Shown here: piece by piece, positions 49,792 to 62,574 of the stretch
Layout of the letters: each line of letters opens with the position of its first letter
How positions within the stretch are numbered: the stretch's first letter is position 1
Origin: Heterodontus francisci
Taxonomy: Eukaryota
NCBI RefSeq assembly: GCF_036365525.1
Contig: NW_027140825.1
Coordinates: forward strand, 682,001 to 746,000
Direction: 5' to 3'
DNA length: 64,000 bases
The notes under the pieces: model-generated
Seen by the model: the letters and a program-made list of their open reading frames with translations, nothing else
Told to the model about the DNA's origin: nothing
Databases searched by the model: none
Position numbers and translations under genes: made by a program

Positions 49792-50341
49792 GTGAGTTAG
49801 ACTTTCATTCAATGAAGCCAGGGATGCTGGGTTCATCTTGTCTGTGCAGGCTGGTGGTCATCTGATGGACTGGCTCTCTGCTCCTTTTCACCAGCAGGAG
49901 AGAGAAGCATGAATGGGGAGGAGTGTCTATGAGGAGGCTTCCCCTTGCCTTCCCCAGACACAGTGAGAAATGAATCCGTTCTGTAAGCATTGTTCTAACT
50001 GGCACGTTCGCCAACTGAGCTATCTGGTCCCCAACTTGTGTGTAGAAGTTAATTAATAATTATGAAGAACTCCATGTAAAATCTTCCTGTATTATAAGCA
50101 CTGTATCTGTGGACATCTAACAGATTCACAGATGGATGGATAGACGGTACTGTGAATGTTGCTAGCTTTAATGGTCAAGCCCCCCCTCCCCCACCTCCCC
50201 ACCCGGTTATTTTATGGGTATACTTTGTTGTATGGTCAGCTCATGTTAGTCAAAGGGCAATATCAAATATTAATGAGATGGACACTGAAAACTGGCAGGG
50301 CGCAATTGAGGAATGTTTTTGTGTTGTGACATAATGATGTG

Positions 50342-50399
50342 GGAGCAGGAAATAACCAGCCATCATATTTCGGAGATGGCACTAAGTTAACAATCCTGG
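50342..50399 (+). CDS. TRBJ: J2.6 GAGNNQPSYFGDGTKLTIL
   Basis: FGXG, GTGAG donor, TGTTTTTGT, 12 bp, TGATGTG. Confidence 0.92.
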
Positions 50400-50831
50400 G
50401 TGAGTGAGATATTTGTCGAACCATATCATTGGTCTCAGTAAGTATTAAAACTGTCAGCAAGTTTTCTCCCGTCAATTTGAAGAAAGGAGAGAGAAGGTAA
50501 ACTTGAGAAAAAACAAAGAGTAATGAAGCAACAGTTAAAAAAACTAAACATAGGGGAATGGCGAGGTGCAAACGGAAGAAGGCTAGGGAGACAAACCATA
50601 TCTACAGAGAAACAGATTGGGAGCTAAATGCAGGCAAAAGGGGATTGAAAATTAGAGAGAAAAAGATGGGAGAGGTGGAGACAAAGACAAAAAAAATGAC
50701 AAAACGAGGTAAAGACTGAAAGGGCGGGATAATAAATGCAACCCAATACAAAATGATGCAACTGCACTTAATTAACCGGTGTGCAGAGAGTTAAAGATTC
50801 CCTCACTCTGTTACAACTGTGTAACATTGTG

Positions 50832-50883
50832 TCAGGGAGCAACGACTACACATTTGGCGATGGCACAAACCTCGTGGTTTTAG
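50832..50883 (+). CDS. TRBJ: J2.7 SGSNDYTFGDGTNLVVL
   Basis: FGXG, GTAAC donor, CATTGTG 50825-50831, weak nonamer. Confidence 0.88.
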
Positions 50884-51239
50884 GTAACTGATTAACGTGG
50901 CGTCAGTCAGAATCATTCCGCACGGTCTGATATGGTATAGTCTGATTGAAATTTACAAGATTAATATATGAAGATAACGCTAATCATATTTCCTATTCAG
51001 GTGCCACCTGTTTCTTAACAATGACCGATTGTGTGTGTGGAAATCAACAAGTGATAGCTGTCTGGGAAATCAGACTCTGAATGACCTCCCCCTGTCCCTA
51101 ATGTTACTCCAGCGGTTTAATGCGAGGAGTGAGTTAGAGAGAGAGCTAGGTCAAAAAAAGGGTTAATATGTTTGAAATGACCAGTTGATGATGCTGGAAC
51201 AGACCATCATTGGTGAAGGATTCACAAGGAGTTCCGTAA

Positions 51240-51790
51240 GGAAGTGAGGATTAACATTTACAAATCACTGGTTAGGTCCCAGCTGGAGCATTGTGTGCAG
51301 TTCTGGGTACCACACTTTATGAAGGCCTTAGATAGGGAGCAGAAATGATTCACCAGAATGGTACCAGAGATGAGGGGCCTCAGATAGTTGTAGAGACTGG
51401 AGAACCTGGAATTATTCTGCTTTCAACAGAGAAGGTTAAAGGGAGATTGAAAAGAGGTGTTCAAATTAATGAAGGTTTTGGATAGAGTTAATAATCAGAA
51501 ACAGTCTCCATTGGTAGAAGGGTCGGTAACCAGAGGACACAGGTTTTGAGGCAATTGACAAAAAGGACCAGAGGCGGGATGAAGAGACATTCTCCCACAA
51601 AGGTAGTTACTGTGATCGGGAAGGCACATCTGAACTGGTGGTGGAAGTTGGTTCAGTCGTGACTTTCAAAATGGAAATTGATAGATACTCGAAGGGAAAT
51701 ATCCAGGACTATGTTAAAACCCTTTCATGAAGTCAGCAGAGGTCCTATGGGCCGAATGGTCTCCCCTTCAGTAATGTATATTTCTGATTC
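51240..51790 (+). mobile_element. CR1-like LINE fragment
   Basis: YKSLVRSQLEHCVQFW-type sequence; a related copy lies at ~42050-42540. Confidence 0.75.
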
Positions 51791-51945
51791 TATGACCTTG
51801 CTCGTGAGCCACAAATGTAAATTAGGAGATATATAAATTAAGGAGATGTGATCTACAAACCCTTTCGAGGACAGGGTCCAAGTGTGATATAGGCAAGACC
51901 TGCACCTCGCCTTATGAAGTTTTGTTACAAGGGTCTCTCATTGTG

Positions 51946-51995
51946 TTCTGGCAATCAATATTACTTCGGAAGCGTTACCAAGTTAGTAGTGGCAG
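51946..51995 (+). CDS. TRBJ: J2.8 SGNQYYFGSVTKLVVA (non-canonical FGSV, open)
   Basis: AGTTTTGTT, 12 bp, CATTGTG; GTGAG donor. Confidence 0.8.
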
Positions 51996-52297
51996 GTGAG
52001 TCCAGGAATGTTAGGCCAATTCTGAGAATGCATGTTGTCTGAAATGGTCGGAAAGATGCTTAAGGCTCCGGGTTCATTGGAGAAAGACATTTTTCCAATG
52101 CATTTAAGACACAAACAGAGACAGAGAGAGAGAGAAGGAGAAAGACTGATTCTTGAACTGGATCTGTGTTTAAAGAAGGGAAAATTTCTCCCATTTAGCT
52201 GATCATGGACAAACAAACAAGAGCTGTATTATTCACTCAAATATTCGGCAACCTTTCAGGGACCAGTATAGTTTAGTAACAGGGCTGAAACACTGTG

Positions 52298-52350
52298 TTC
52301 TGGAAGCTACGAGTATTTCTTCGGTGACGGGACAAAACTGACTGTGTTGG
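52298..52350 (+). CDS. TRBJ: J2.9 SGSYEYFFGDGTKLTVL
   Basis: FGXG, CACTGTG 52291-52297, GTGAG donor. Confidence 0.93.
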
Positions 52351-53407
52351 GTGAGTTGGACGTTCTTTGAAAAAAAAATGATTGTAGCTCACGCTGTTTC
52401 TGAGTTTCAGTTTGCAACTGAAATGTTGCATTGACAAATAACAAAAAAATTTCAGGCAGCATTTCCAATGTGCATAAAAGGCAGAATACATGGAAAATAC
52501 TAAGATGCACAGGGAAATACATTTTTTTAATTCGTTCGTGGCATGTGGACCAGAATTTATTGCCCATCCCTAATTGCCCTCTGAGTGGTCTGCTAGCTCA
52601 TTTTTTTTCATCAGATATGGGCGTCGCTGGCAAGGCCAAGTTTTGCTGCCCAACCCTAATTGCTCTTGGACTGGGTGGTTTGCTGTTTCAGAAGGCAGTT
52701 GAGAGTCAACTGAAGTCTGAAGTCACTTATATGACAACAGGCGGGGTTTTCTGACAATTGACGATAGTTTCATGCAGTTAAACCAGACTTTCATTTATCA
52801 GTTGAAGTTTAATTCCTCTAGCTACCCCCGGGATTTGAACCAGAACATTACTAGCACAGTGACATTATCACTTTGCAACCATCGCCCCTGCACTCAATGG
52901 GGTGTAGGTCTTTCCGCAGTCCTGTCAGGGAGGGAGTTGCAGATTTGTGAACCGTTTTCTCAGAGGGCAGATTATTTGTTTCCAAAAAATGCTGTCATCG
53001 TTCTTCCCCCAGAATGAGTGAAATAAAACATCATAATTACATTTAATTATATAGAATTTACAGTGTGTCAGCAAGCCAGTGGTGAAACTGCACACGAGCC
53101 TCCTCTCACCCTTACTTCATCTAATCTTCTATTCCTTTCTCTCCCATGTCTTTTTCCAATTTACTCCTTGAAAGCATCTCCAAAATCCATCTCAACCCAT
53201 TCCCTGTGGTAGTGCATTCCACATTATTACCACTATCTGAGAAACGAACTTCCCTTTCTATTCCTCACAATGATTTTCTAATTAACATTATAATGCCCTT
53301 AACATAAAGAGTCAAATCTCCAGTGCATTCTGTGTGAGGTTTTGCATCAGTGCACCAGCTTCATTGCTCTTCGACCTGTAGTTATACTATTGTCATGTAA
53401 CATTGTG

Positions 53408-53460
53408 TACAGGAAATACTCTGTATTACTTCGGTGACGGGACAAAATTGATTGTTTTAG
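53408..53460 (+). CDS. TRBJ: J2.10 TGNTLYYFGDGTKLIVL
   Basis: FGXG, CATTGTG 53401-53407, GTGAG donor. Confidence 0.92.
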
Positions 53461-53968
53461 GTGAGCACAGAACTGAAGCTTTTGTTGTTTTCGTTAATGA
53501 GGATCCTTGAGATTCTCAGACGAAATTAGATGCTCTAAAATACATCATGTTCTCGGTCACAGGATCACCTCGCCGATTTATATTGGCAGCCGGACCTGCA
53601 ATATCTTGGTTTAAACATCTTTCACCTTTGTTTTCAACTCACCCCAAGGCCTCGCTGTCTCCCTGTCCCTGCAACGTCCTCCGGCCCCTACAAACCTCCC
53701 TATCCCTGTAACCGCCTCCAGCCTCTATAACTCTCCTTATCCCTGTAACATCCTCCAATCCCGACAAATCTCGCTGTCTCTGTAACCTCCACCAGGCCCT
53801 ATAACTAACCTTTTGTTCTCCTGTCCAATATCTAGGGTGCATTGCCGCTGTCTTTACATCACACATTAATAGTATGTAAATCTACAATTTGAGTACATCA
53901 TTTCGAAGACGGTGCATTTTAGCATTTCTAACTTGATGGGAGTTTTAACACTGACAGGCATCACTGTG

Positions 53969-54021
53969 CTCAAATAACTACGATTATACTTTTGGCGATG
54001 GGACCAAGTTAGTAGTTTTCG
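53969..54021 (+). CDS. TRBJ: J2.11 SNNYDYTFGDGTKLVVF
   Basis: FGXG, AGTTTTAAC, 12 bp, CACTGTG; GTAGG donor. Confidence 0.93.
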
Positions 54022-54691
54022 GTAGGTGAACGGTTACACCATTGTATTCATTTTACAGTTTAATTGCTATTATGTTGCCTCCAATGGGGAGTGGCGAGGG
54101 TTTAGTTAATGATTTGACCCAATCTCCAGCCTGCCTTTAAAAGAGATTAATTTGCTTCTCTTTTAGAGTAACACTATTGTTAAATTGTTCCATTCACTAT
54201 CTACTGGGATAGTCAAACTTGATAAAGCCATTTGTTGGTCTATTGTTATATTCTGTGATTGCCCACAACTCTCCATTATTCTAGTTATCAATGGGAATAT
54301 TAAGAATCTCATTGTAGCTTTTTATGTGAAACTAAAGCCGTACTGGGATGTCGAACATCAGATATTTTGATGGAAAACCCTCTGATTTCACCTCTCGCAG
54401 AGGAATTCGTAGTAAAAGTACATGATAATAATTGATTGTAAAAGATCTCTGGAACTCCCTCTTCAACAAAAAGCTGTGAATCCTGGAGGGCGATTAGACC
54501 TGACAAAATTGAGATGGAAATAACTTTGTTTGGGGAGGTTATCGAGGGATATCGAGATCAGAATGGTAAATGAAGTGAGGTACAGATCAGCCTTTGAATA
54601 GAGGAGCAGGATAGAGGGGCTGAATGGCCGCCTCCTGGTGCAATAGGTTGTCTGGAGGGTAATAGTTTTGTAATGGGAGTGTAACACTGTG

Positions 54692-54747
54692 TTATGGAAA
54701 GACCGAACCATTATATTTTGGCCAAGGGACCAAGCTCACAGTTTTGG
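54692..54747 (+). CDS. TRBJ: J2.12 YGKTEPLYFGQGTKLTVL
   Basis: FGXG, AGTTTTGTA, 12 bp, CACTGTG; GTATG donor. Confidence 0.93.
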
Positions 54748-54819
54748 GTATGTAAATGTTAAAGACTTTGTTTGTCTAACTAGTCCTTGAAGCGGCCAAC
54801 ACTCCCAGCTTATACACAC

Positions 54820-55300
54820 TACTGAGTCAGCGGCGCTTGAGATGGCTTGGCCATGTGAGCCGCATGGAAGATTGCAGGATCCCCAAAGACACATTGTACA
54901 GCGAGCTCGCCACTGGTATCAGACCCACTGGCTGTCCATGTCTCCGCTATAATGACGTCTGCAAACGCGACATGAAATCGTGTGACATTGATCACAAGTC
55001 GTGGGAGTCAGTTGCCAGCGTTCGCCAGAGCTGGCGGGCAGCCATAAAGACACGGCTAAATTGTGGCGAGTCGAAGAGACTTAGTAGTTGGCAGGAAAAA
55101 AGACAGAGGCGCAAGGGGAGAGCCAACTGTGCAACAGCCCCGACAAACAAATTTCTCTGCAGCACCTGTGGAAGAGCCTGTCACTCCAGAATTGGCCTTT
55201 ATAGCCACTCCAGGTGCTGCTTCACAAACCACTGACCACCTCCAGGCGCGTATCCATTGTCTCTCGAGATAAGTAGGCCCAAAAGAAAGAAAAGAAAGAA
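54820..55300 (+). mobile_element. RTE-clade LINE 3' fragment
   Basis: RWLGHVSRMEDCRIPKDTLYSEL...CSTCGRACHSRIGLYSH. Confidence 0.85.
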
Positions 55301-55929
55301 GAAGGGATAGTCTATCATCATATTCTGCAGTTTCCCATTACTGTCCAATTTTCGAATTATCAACCAGCACATCGACAATCTTATTATCCTTTCAAAAATA
55401 TAGAAAATGCTGTGTGACATTAAACCGACAGAGAAGTGCATTGGGTTGTCTAACGTAGAATGTTATGGTGGAAATGCCTTCTTGTGATTGGCTGAATTGT
55501 TTTGGAATTGGGAGACATTCCTCAGGCTCTTTTCTCAGGAGGGTTATTGGGTGGAGTAGAATCCAGGATAGACATGGCTGTAAAGACATGACCCTAATAC
55601 TTTTGTCAATCCATACTTTATGGGCTTGCAGCCAAAATTAAGTCAACAATTCTGAGCTTTTGCCGCATAAAATTGTTAACCTCACACTAATTAATAAAAA
55701 TGACCACTTCGATTTTGTTTTAGAAGATTGTGCTTTGCCTTCATCCGTATAAAATTCAATCCCATTCTTAAACAGAGTTTGTTCAGCTTGTTATGATTAA
55801 CGTCCTGAAGCAGTGATCTTCTGGAATGAATGCTCACTGTTGATAATGGGACAGACTTCTAAAAAAAACAGTTGATGGAAATAATTAGACAAATATGCAT
55901 GTTGGACACAAGAATACCACTCTGCCCAT

Positions 55930-56445
55930 CTTACTAGAGTCGGCTGTTGGGAAATGTTCTCCAATTCGCCTCCCTCACCCCTTTTCTTTCTATACAGCCC
56001 TGCAATTTTCGCCTTTTTGAACTATGATCCAATTCTTTTTTGAAGTTCAATATGCAATCAGTATCTATCACACTTTCAGGTAATGCATTCCATATCACAA
56101 CAAGTCGTTGTGTAAAGAAATGGCCCCCTCAATAAACATCTGGATCTTTTGCCAATTGCCTTAAATCTATGTTCTCTGGTTGTGAAATCTCCGGCCAGTG
56201 GAATCAGTCTCCCCCTACTGATTCTAACAAAGCCCTTCATGGCTTTGAAATCAACTATTAAATCTCTCCTTCACCTTCTCTGGGAGAACAATCCCACCTT
56301 CTCCAGTCTGTCCACATAACTGAGTCCCTCATTTCTAGGACCATTCCAGTAAATCTCTCTCTGCACGCTCTCCAAGACCTTGACATCCTTCCAAAAGTGT
56401 GGTGCCCTGAATTGGGCACGAGACTCCAGCTCAGGCCTAACTGAG
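55930..56445 (-). mobile_element. CR1-like LINE fragment
   Basis: Reverse-strand homology to the other CR1 3' ends in the window. Confidence 0.65.
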
Positions 56446-56482
56446 GGCCCTGGTAGTTTTACAACTGGCCTGTGACATTGTG

Positions 56483-56531
56483 TTCAGCTGGGACCTCGAT
56501 CTCTTACTTTGGCTCTGGGATTACGTTCTAG
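56483..56531 (+). pseudogene. TRBJ: J2.13 SAGTSISYFGSGITF* (deletion after FGSG, in-frame TAG)
   Basis: Good RSS (AGTTTTACA, 12 bp, CATTGTG) but shortened 3' end gives TAG at 56529-56531. Confidence 0.82.
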
Positions 56532-57088
56532 GTAGGTAAACAAGAATAGATCTCAATATTCAAATTTTATTCGCTCTAAGTGTTCATTCATTGCTTCGTA
56601 ATTCTGCCAAAACTCACAAACCTGGCCACATACTGGAAAACTTGAGTAAATTTGTATCCCAAGATGCACAATTTTTCAAAGACAACGTTACCAGACTTCT
56701 CTGTGTCTACCCTCTGGAACCCCCCAACCCTTTCATAATCTTAGACGCCTCTTTCAGGTCACCTCTAAGCCTTCTCTTATCTATCATAATGGCTATTCAG
56801 TCTTTCCTGATAGGTAAATATGTATGAAGACGAGAACTGTGCACAGTGATCCAAGTGTGGTCTAACCGAGGGATATGGAGACCAGAACTGTGCACAGAGC
56901 TCCAAGAACGTCTAAGCAAATTTTACCATAATTTCTCTGCTTTAAAATGGAATGGTGGAGAAAAGGACAGACAAATCTACACATTGCTATTGGTTGAATT
57001 ATAATTGTTCAAAGGTGTCAGAGCATTCGATGAAGTATCGTGTAATCATTGGTCCCCAGCAGTTTTAATACTGCTTTGTAACACTGTG

Positions 57089-57144
57089 TTCTGGAAACAG
57101 CACACCTCTCCGCTTTGGCGATGGGACAAGATTAACAGTTCTGG
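57089..57144 (+). CDS. TRBJ: J2.14 SGNSTPLRFGDGTRLTVL
   Basis: FGXG, AGTTTTAAT, 12 bp, CACTGTG; GTATG donor. Confidence 0.93.
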
Positions 57145-57750
57145 GTATGTAAAACCGAGCGATTAATCTTCACCAATGTAAAAGCAGAGAGGCAAGGCTC
57201 AACTAGTAGTGATTATCTTAAAGGCTGAACTCAGGAAGGGCCACTGTCGAGTTCATAACAGATGCAAACCCGAGTCAACGATTTTGAAAGGACTCCAATC
57301 AAACACAAGAAGCCACAAAGGACCATTCATCCCTTGAGCCTCTTACACCATTCACTTAAATCATGGCTGAGTTTTATCTTAGCTCCAGCTACCGTCTTTG
57401 GTCCCATAACCTTTAACACACTTACCCAACAAAAATGATTGAATGTAATAAACAAAGACTAGATCTAGTCAAGGTTGTAGAAGATTAGATACTAAATGGC
57501 AAACTCACCTAGTCTTCCTTCAAGAAAATAACTAAATTGAGTGCATAAGGAATTGACTTACATTTATGATGAAACACTATTTCAAATCAGAATTCAAAGT
57601 GAGAGGTACGTGGCAATGTCCAAACAGTTTAACAATTTCACTACTTGCTTTCTTGGCATACTAAATAAATATAGGGAACAAGCTACTGCATTGGCAGTCT
57701 ACGGGAACTGTTAGGCAATCCTAGTTTTCTGATAGGAATGTAGCATTGTG

Positions 57751-57802
57751 GATGTAACTACTAACTTTCATTTTGGCCCCGGTTCCAAATTAACAGTGTT
57801 GG
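57751..57802 (+). CDS. TRBJ: J2.15 DVTTNFHFGPGSKLTVL
   Basis: FGXG, AGTTTTCTG, 12 bp, CATTGTG; GTAAG donor. Confidence 0.92.
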
Positions 57803-58819
57803 GTAAGTTTTAAAAAATGTAACGTTTTGAGTGCGTCAATTAAGTTAGTTGTATATTTACCCATGGCATTGCACTCCAGTACATAACTGCACAGTGCTGT
57901 ATGTCTGACCCTGCTACCCAGATTTCCCTCGTTGCCCCACTTATTACCAAATTATCGTAATAATTATTATATTTATTTCGCAATATTTCAGCAAGATGTA
58001 TTCTGAAAACAAGTAGGATAAAGCAGAGAAGATTAAGTGGTGGTGGGAGGATTGATACCAGGGAGAAAGGATTTCAGCTTTGTAGAGAGACTGGAAAAGC
58101 TGAATATTGTTCTCCTTGGAGCAGAGAAGGTTAAAGAAGATTTGCCAGTGTGGTACCAGGGATGAATGACTTCAATTGTGTGGAGATACTGGAGAAACTG
58201 GGGTTGTTCTCCTCAGAGAAGAGAAGGTTAAGGTGGGAATTAATATCATATTCAAAATGTCCAAAATCATATGTTTTGTAATAGAGTAAATAAGAATAAC
58301 TCATTTCTGCTGGGAGAAGGGTCGGTAAGCAAAGAGAACAGATTTGTGATTGGCAAAAGAAACAAAGAGGGAGATGAGTATTTGCTTTTACACAGCCAAT
58401 TGTTGTGATGTGGAATGCACTGCCTGAAAATAGCTCAAACAATGCATTTGATGCATACTTGAAGGCTAACAAATGTAGGGTTATGGTGAAACAGCAAGAA
58501 GCTCTGGGTGTTCGCAGAAGATTGAGCAACCTGAAGGCTTAATTCTAATTGGTATCCTCTGATGCAGTGCGACATCGTACTTGTCTGCATCTTTAATATT
58601 GACTAATATCCAATAATAACAGCAAACAAAGCACAGGGCTTCCTTTGCAGGGGATCAGCTAGCATTCCAAAGCAGAGAAGTTACATGAAACTTATATAGA
58701 ACTTTGGTTAGATTGTTGCAATTACAATGAATTTCGATGTAAAATCCCCAGCACCAACTCCATCCATCTGGAGGGGAGAGACACTCTTGTTAGTTTTCGT
58801 GTAGGGTTGCAGCATGGTG

Positions 58820-58870
58820 CTTCAGGATATGAACAGTATTCTGGAGGGGGCACGAAGCTAAGCGTTTCGG
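58820..58870 (+). CDS. TRBJ: J2.16 SGYEQYSGGGTKLSVS (Phe to Ser, open)
   Basis: AGTTTTCGT, 12 bp, CATGGTG; GTGAG donor; SGGG in place of FGXG. Confidence 0.8.
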
Positions 58871-60429
58871 GTGAGTAGCTGACAGTACAAGAGGTCTCAG
58901 TTAATGATGGATGGACCAAGGTCTGCTGTTGTTATACGGATGCAGTTCTCTAATTGTGGGGAGGGATTTTAGCAGATGAACACGAGGATTCATTTCACGT
59001 GTAGGGGACATTTACGCGGGATTCGTGCATAGTTCTGTCAGTGAGGCGGTGGCTCCTTATTTCTGTAACTTCCTCTGGACCTAAAAGAAACCATGATGAT
59101 TTCTCTGTGCTCCTCCAATTCTGGCCTCTTGTGCATCCTCCCCTCCCTCGAACCCACCATTGGCGGCTGTGCCTTCAGCTGCCTGAGCCCTAAACCCTGG
59201 AATTCCCTCCTTAAACACCTCTGCTTCTCTCCCTCTCTCCTTCTTTAAGAAGCATCTTAGAACCTACTTCTTTGACAGGTCACCTGTCCCTAATATCTAC
59301 TTCGATAACTCGGTATCAAGTTGCTGTCTGAGTTGCTCTGATGGCGTGATTTTTCACTGCATCAACGGTGCTAGTTAAATGCAATTTTTTTGTTGTTATT
59401 AATCACCAGGTAGGCCTCGCCTTGAGTATTGTGACCAATTCGTGGCTAACACACTTTAGGAAGGATGTCAAGGCCATAGAGAGGGTGCAGAAGATGTTTA
59501 CTAGAATGGTACCAGACATGGGGAGGTTTCACTTGTGTTTAGAAATGGGAGAAGCTGGGATTGTTCTCCTTAGAGCAGAGAAGGCGAAGGGGAGATCAAT
59601 GTTGTTTCAGTAAACTTATTCTTAAAATAAAGACACATTCGCAAGTAACCAGGAAAAGCAGACAAAATATAAAGGGAAAATTAATTGAAGACAAACAACA
59701 GCGTGGCGAATCCCAGAGGGAGGAAGTCCCAATAAAAGTACAATTGTTAAGACCAAAATTAAACTTGTGTTCAGCCCCTTTGGAAACAGGTAGATTTTGG
59801 ACAGCAACGTGCGCAAGGCATTTTCTTGTATTGCAGCAAAGGTACCAAACTAACTAGTTCTAGGTAAAGACGCACCATTGTCAAACTGCATCTGTCAATT
59901 GCAGCTCAACTGGTTGAGAAAGAGACCAGTTCTCAAAATGCTGCTTGGGTTTAAGTATTTCAGTGAAGTTACACAATGGTAACACTCTTACCTCCGAGTC
60001 AAAAGAAAAAGCGAATTCCACATTGTCACTATTCTCTGGGTGAAGAGACGTCTCCTGAAATCTCCAATGGTTCAATATTCAGAACAGAAATATAACAAGA
60101 TTAGGCATCAGTCATTGTGTTAATGATTTTATCATTTTAATATTCATGGAATTCTCACAGAGTCTTGACTGTAAACCCAAACCTGTTCAGGTATTTCTTT
60201 CGCAATATTACGCTCATAGAGCTTGAGAGTTGAAGAACTGACTGTGGAGTGTAGTCACTGTTGTAATGTAGGGAAAGATTTCAGCCAAAATGCGCACAGC
60301 AAGATCCCACAAGCATCATTGCACTAAATGACCAGATAACCGGAAATGGTGGATGTGAAGTGTTGAATGAGGGATAAATATTGGCTCGGACACACTCCCC
60401 TTATTTTCTTTGAGCCAATACATTGTTTC

Positions 60430-61180
60430 TCAAACGGTACAATTTTAAATTGGGTGCAGGAACAGAGAAACCAGGGGGATGTATGTTCATAAATCTATGA
60501 AGTTGGCAGGGCAGGTTCAAAAGGCTATCAAAAGGCACACTGAATCCTTTTGGCTCTGTAAACAGAGGCACAGAGGGCAAAAGCAAAGCTGTTATCATGA
60601 ACATTTATAAAACACTGTTTAGGCCTCAGTAGCAGCATTGTGTTCCATTTTGGTGCCACCCTTTGGAAAACAGGTTAAGTCCCCAGAGAGAATGCAGAGT
60701 AGATTGACTGGAATGGTTCCAGAGTTAAGGAAATTCAGAAATCGTGAAGGGATTGTAGAAGCTGGGATTGTTCTCCTTAGAGCAGAGAAGGTACAGGGAA
60801 AATTTTAATCGAGGTGCTGAAACTCAGGAAGGCTTTCGATAGAGTTAAAAGGGAGAAACCTTTTTTTCCAGTGGTAGGAGGTTCGGTAACCAGAAGGACA
60901 CAGATTTAAGGTCGTTGGCAAAAAAAAAGGGGGGATGAGGAAATATTTTGTTTAAACAGCGATTTGTTGTGATTTGGAATGTAATGCCTGACATGGTGCT
61001 GAAAGCAGATTCAATAGTAGCTTCACTTCAAAAGTAGCTTTCAAAAGGGAAATAGAGAGAGTTTGAAGGTACATAGTTTACTGGGTTATGTGAGAAGAAC
61101 AGGGTGGGGAGTAGGATTAATTGGCTAGTTCTACCAAAGAGCTGGAATTCACACAACAGGCCGAATGGTCCCCTCCTTTC
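60430..61180 (+). mobile_element. CR1-like LINE fragment
   Basis: IYKTLFRPQ-type and LFSLEQR-type sequence, decayed. Confidence 0.7.
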
Positions 61181-61249
61181 ATGTGTGAGTTTACGGTAGC
61201 ACTAATTATTAAATATTACATTTGGGGGAAGAGACAAGAGTAGGATTAG

Positions 61250-61830
61250 AATCATAATACAGCACAGAGGGGGGCCATTCAGCCCATCGAGTCCATGCCA
61301 GCTCTCTGTCTGGCAATCCAATCAGTCCCACTCCCTCGCTCTATCCCTGTGGCCCTGCAAGTTAATTTGCCTCAAGTGTCCATCCAATTTCCTTCTGAAA
61401 TCATTCATTGTCTCTGCTTCCACCACCCTTGTAGGCAGCGAGTTCCAGGTCATTACCACACGTGGCTTAAAAGTGTCCCTCCTCACATCCCCCTGCATCT
61501 TTTGCACAGCACCAGAAATCCGTCTCTTCTGGTCCTTGTACCAACAACTAATAGGTGACGCATTTCTTTGTCTACCTTATCCAAATCCGTCATAGTCTTG
61601 GACACTTCTATCAAATCTCCCCTCAATCTCCTTTGCTCCAAGCAGAACAATCCCAGCTTCTCCAACCTAACCTTGTAGCTAAAATCCTTCATCCCTGGAA
61701 CCATTCTGTTAAATATCCTCTGTACCCTCTCAAGGACACTCACAACCTTCCTCAAATGTGGTAATCAGAAGTGGCTGCAAAACTCTAGTTGTTTCCGAAC
61801 CAGAGCTTTAGAAATGTTCCCCATAACTTC
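61250..61830 (-). mobile_element. CR1-like LINE fragment
   Basis: LERVQRIFNRMVPGM...LGLFCLEQRRLRGDLIE. Confidence 0.85.
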
Positions 61831-62077
61831 CCTGATAGGAAAGGGCTCTAGATAATGGGACATGGTGAGTGATAGCCTGGTTATTGAGAACAGGCTGGCC
61901 CAGAGTTCAGGGTAACACTTTTCAGATAGACAGGAGAAACTCTTTCATAATGAGACAGACTTGTACTTCACTCAATGACGAAGAGGTTCAGATGATCAGT
62001 TTCTGCCACTTTGGGTTAAAATGTACAAAAGCAGGTCGAGGTTGCAAACTGATTCTACGTTTTATGACTGATCGGTG

Positions 62078-62130
62078 TTTGGGAAACAGAGAGGTTTATT
62101 CTGGAGTTGGCACAAAATTAACTGCTCTGG
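62078..62130 (+). pseudogene. J-like relic GNREVYSGVGTKLTAL, no GT donor, 93 nt upstream of C exon 1
   Basis: GXGTKLT motif; resembles J2.16 (tattctggag..ggcac.aa..ta); preceded by ATCGGTG; CT where the GT donor should be. Confidence 0.6.
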
Positions 62131-62223
62131 CTAGAATTGAAAGGTTGATATTGTTTGGTGGTTTAAAATTCTCAAGACGGGTTTCATACTCATCCATATT
62201 GTCTTCATTTACTTTTCCTGCAG

Positions 62224-62574
62224 GCGAAAACGATACGATTAGGCCTGCCAAAGTTACTGTCTTTGAGCCCTCTCCCGAAGAGATTAGAGAAAAGAAAAAA
62301 GCCACTGTGGTCTGCCTCGTCAGCGACTTCTACCCCGACAACATCAAGATCCACTGGCTTGTCGATGGCAAGGAGAAAGATGCCAATGACACGAACATTC
62401 ACACTGATCTCAATGCCATCCTATCAAAAGAAAATACATCTTACAGCATTAGCAGCCGGCTGAGATTCGACGCCCTAGATTGGGCTCGGTCCAAGAACGT
62501 TGAGTGCAGAGTAGATCTCTACACTAACGAATCAGTGCCGACAACAAGCAGTTCAACATTAGCTGTCAAAGCAG
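62224..62574 (+). CDS. TRBC: TCR beta constant region exon 1 (Ig C1-set domain)
   Basis: Polypyrimidine/CAG acceptor ending 62223; PAKVTVFEPSPEEIREKKKATVVCLVSDFYPDNIKIHW...YSISSRLR...W...ECRV, typical of Cbeta; phase-1 GTAGG donor. Confidence 0.97.
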
